Positions 63,301 to 64,000 of a stretch of 64,000 nt of DNA are shown piece by piece; within the stretch, counting starts at the first letter, position 1; every line of letters starts with the position of its first letter. The position numbers were made by a program, and so were the translations under genes. Source of the DNA: Octopus vulgaris (Eukaryota); the NCBI GenBank assembly GCA_951406725.2, contig OX597814.1, positions 128,960,001 to 129,024,000 of the forward strand, given 5' to 3'. The notes below the pieces were generated by a model. It saw only the letters and a list, made by a program, of their open reading frames with translations. It was not told the origin of the DNA and ran no database searches.

Positions 63301-64000
63301 TCATCATCACCATTTAACAGATGTTTGCCATGCTGGCATGGGTTGAACCACATGCATTATTATTACATTATAAAAATGGCTGAATAGATGAGGTACTTGA
63401 CTCTTTGAACTTGGGAGTTTTCAAATCTTTCTCAAATGTTTTGTTATTTCTTGATTGAACACTTTATTCTACATTACCTCAGTTCAAAAAGCTGCTGAGA
63501 ATAGGTACCAAATCAGCTAGCAATGTTACCTATGATAAATTTGCAGTTCTAGCCAAAGGAAGATTTATTTATTGTCCACTTTATGCCCATTATGCCATGA
63601 AACCACCTAAGTACTGGCCCTTAAAATTCCCACAAGAACTTTAAAAGTTACTATTATATAAAATATATCTCAAAAGGTGAGAATGGAATTTACAGGAAAA
63701 AAAAACACATACACAACAGATGCAGACAAGCTCCACCCTTTATCAGTTGTCAATCAAATATCATCACAATTTCAACACTTTTCTGTAATATTGTTCAGTT
63801 TGGCTGAATCAACAACATAAGCTGTTGGGCAAACATGAAAAACAAATGAGGACAGAAAAATTGAGACAAATACAAATATATGCCATATCAATTTATATTG
63901 CTCTCTTGTTTATCAGAGACAAATTTTGTACAATACTGGTGCCTTTTTTTCCTATGATCTTTTGGTTATAGTCTCAAAACCTAAAAAAGTTTAATGAAAG

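Overview
AT-rich, repeat-saturated animal genomic DNA. It is most likely octopus (cephalopod): this is inferred from the tRNA-derived SINE types and the extreme (TA)n/(CA)n/(TATG)n microsatellite load, not from a database match. No intact multi-codon protein-coding gene is recognisable. Nearly all ORFs in the track are artefacts of SINEs, microsatellites and a 20-bp minisatellite. The window is a mosaic of at least 5 SINE-like families, 3' fragments of CR1, RTE and Penelope-like retroelements, Tc1/mariner and hAT remnants, non-autonomous Helitron and Helentron-like elements, and piggyBac-like MITEs. It also has one 100-N assembly gap. Three things stand out. (1) Four minimal type-I hammerhead ribozyme motifs lie in short Penelope-like inserts in or beside (TA)n tracts; one has a ~100-nt helix II and one lies downstream of a tRNA-like module in a Penelope 3' end. 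(2) There are three long fold-back palindromes. (3) Two frame-preserving plus-strand microexon candidates (6 nt and 9 nt) and a CpG-rich promoter-like island at ~30-33 kb suggest the window is intronic sequence of a very large plus-strand gene. Repeat boundaries were read by eye and are approximate.
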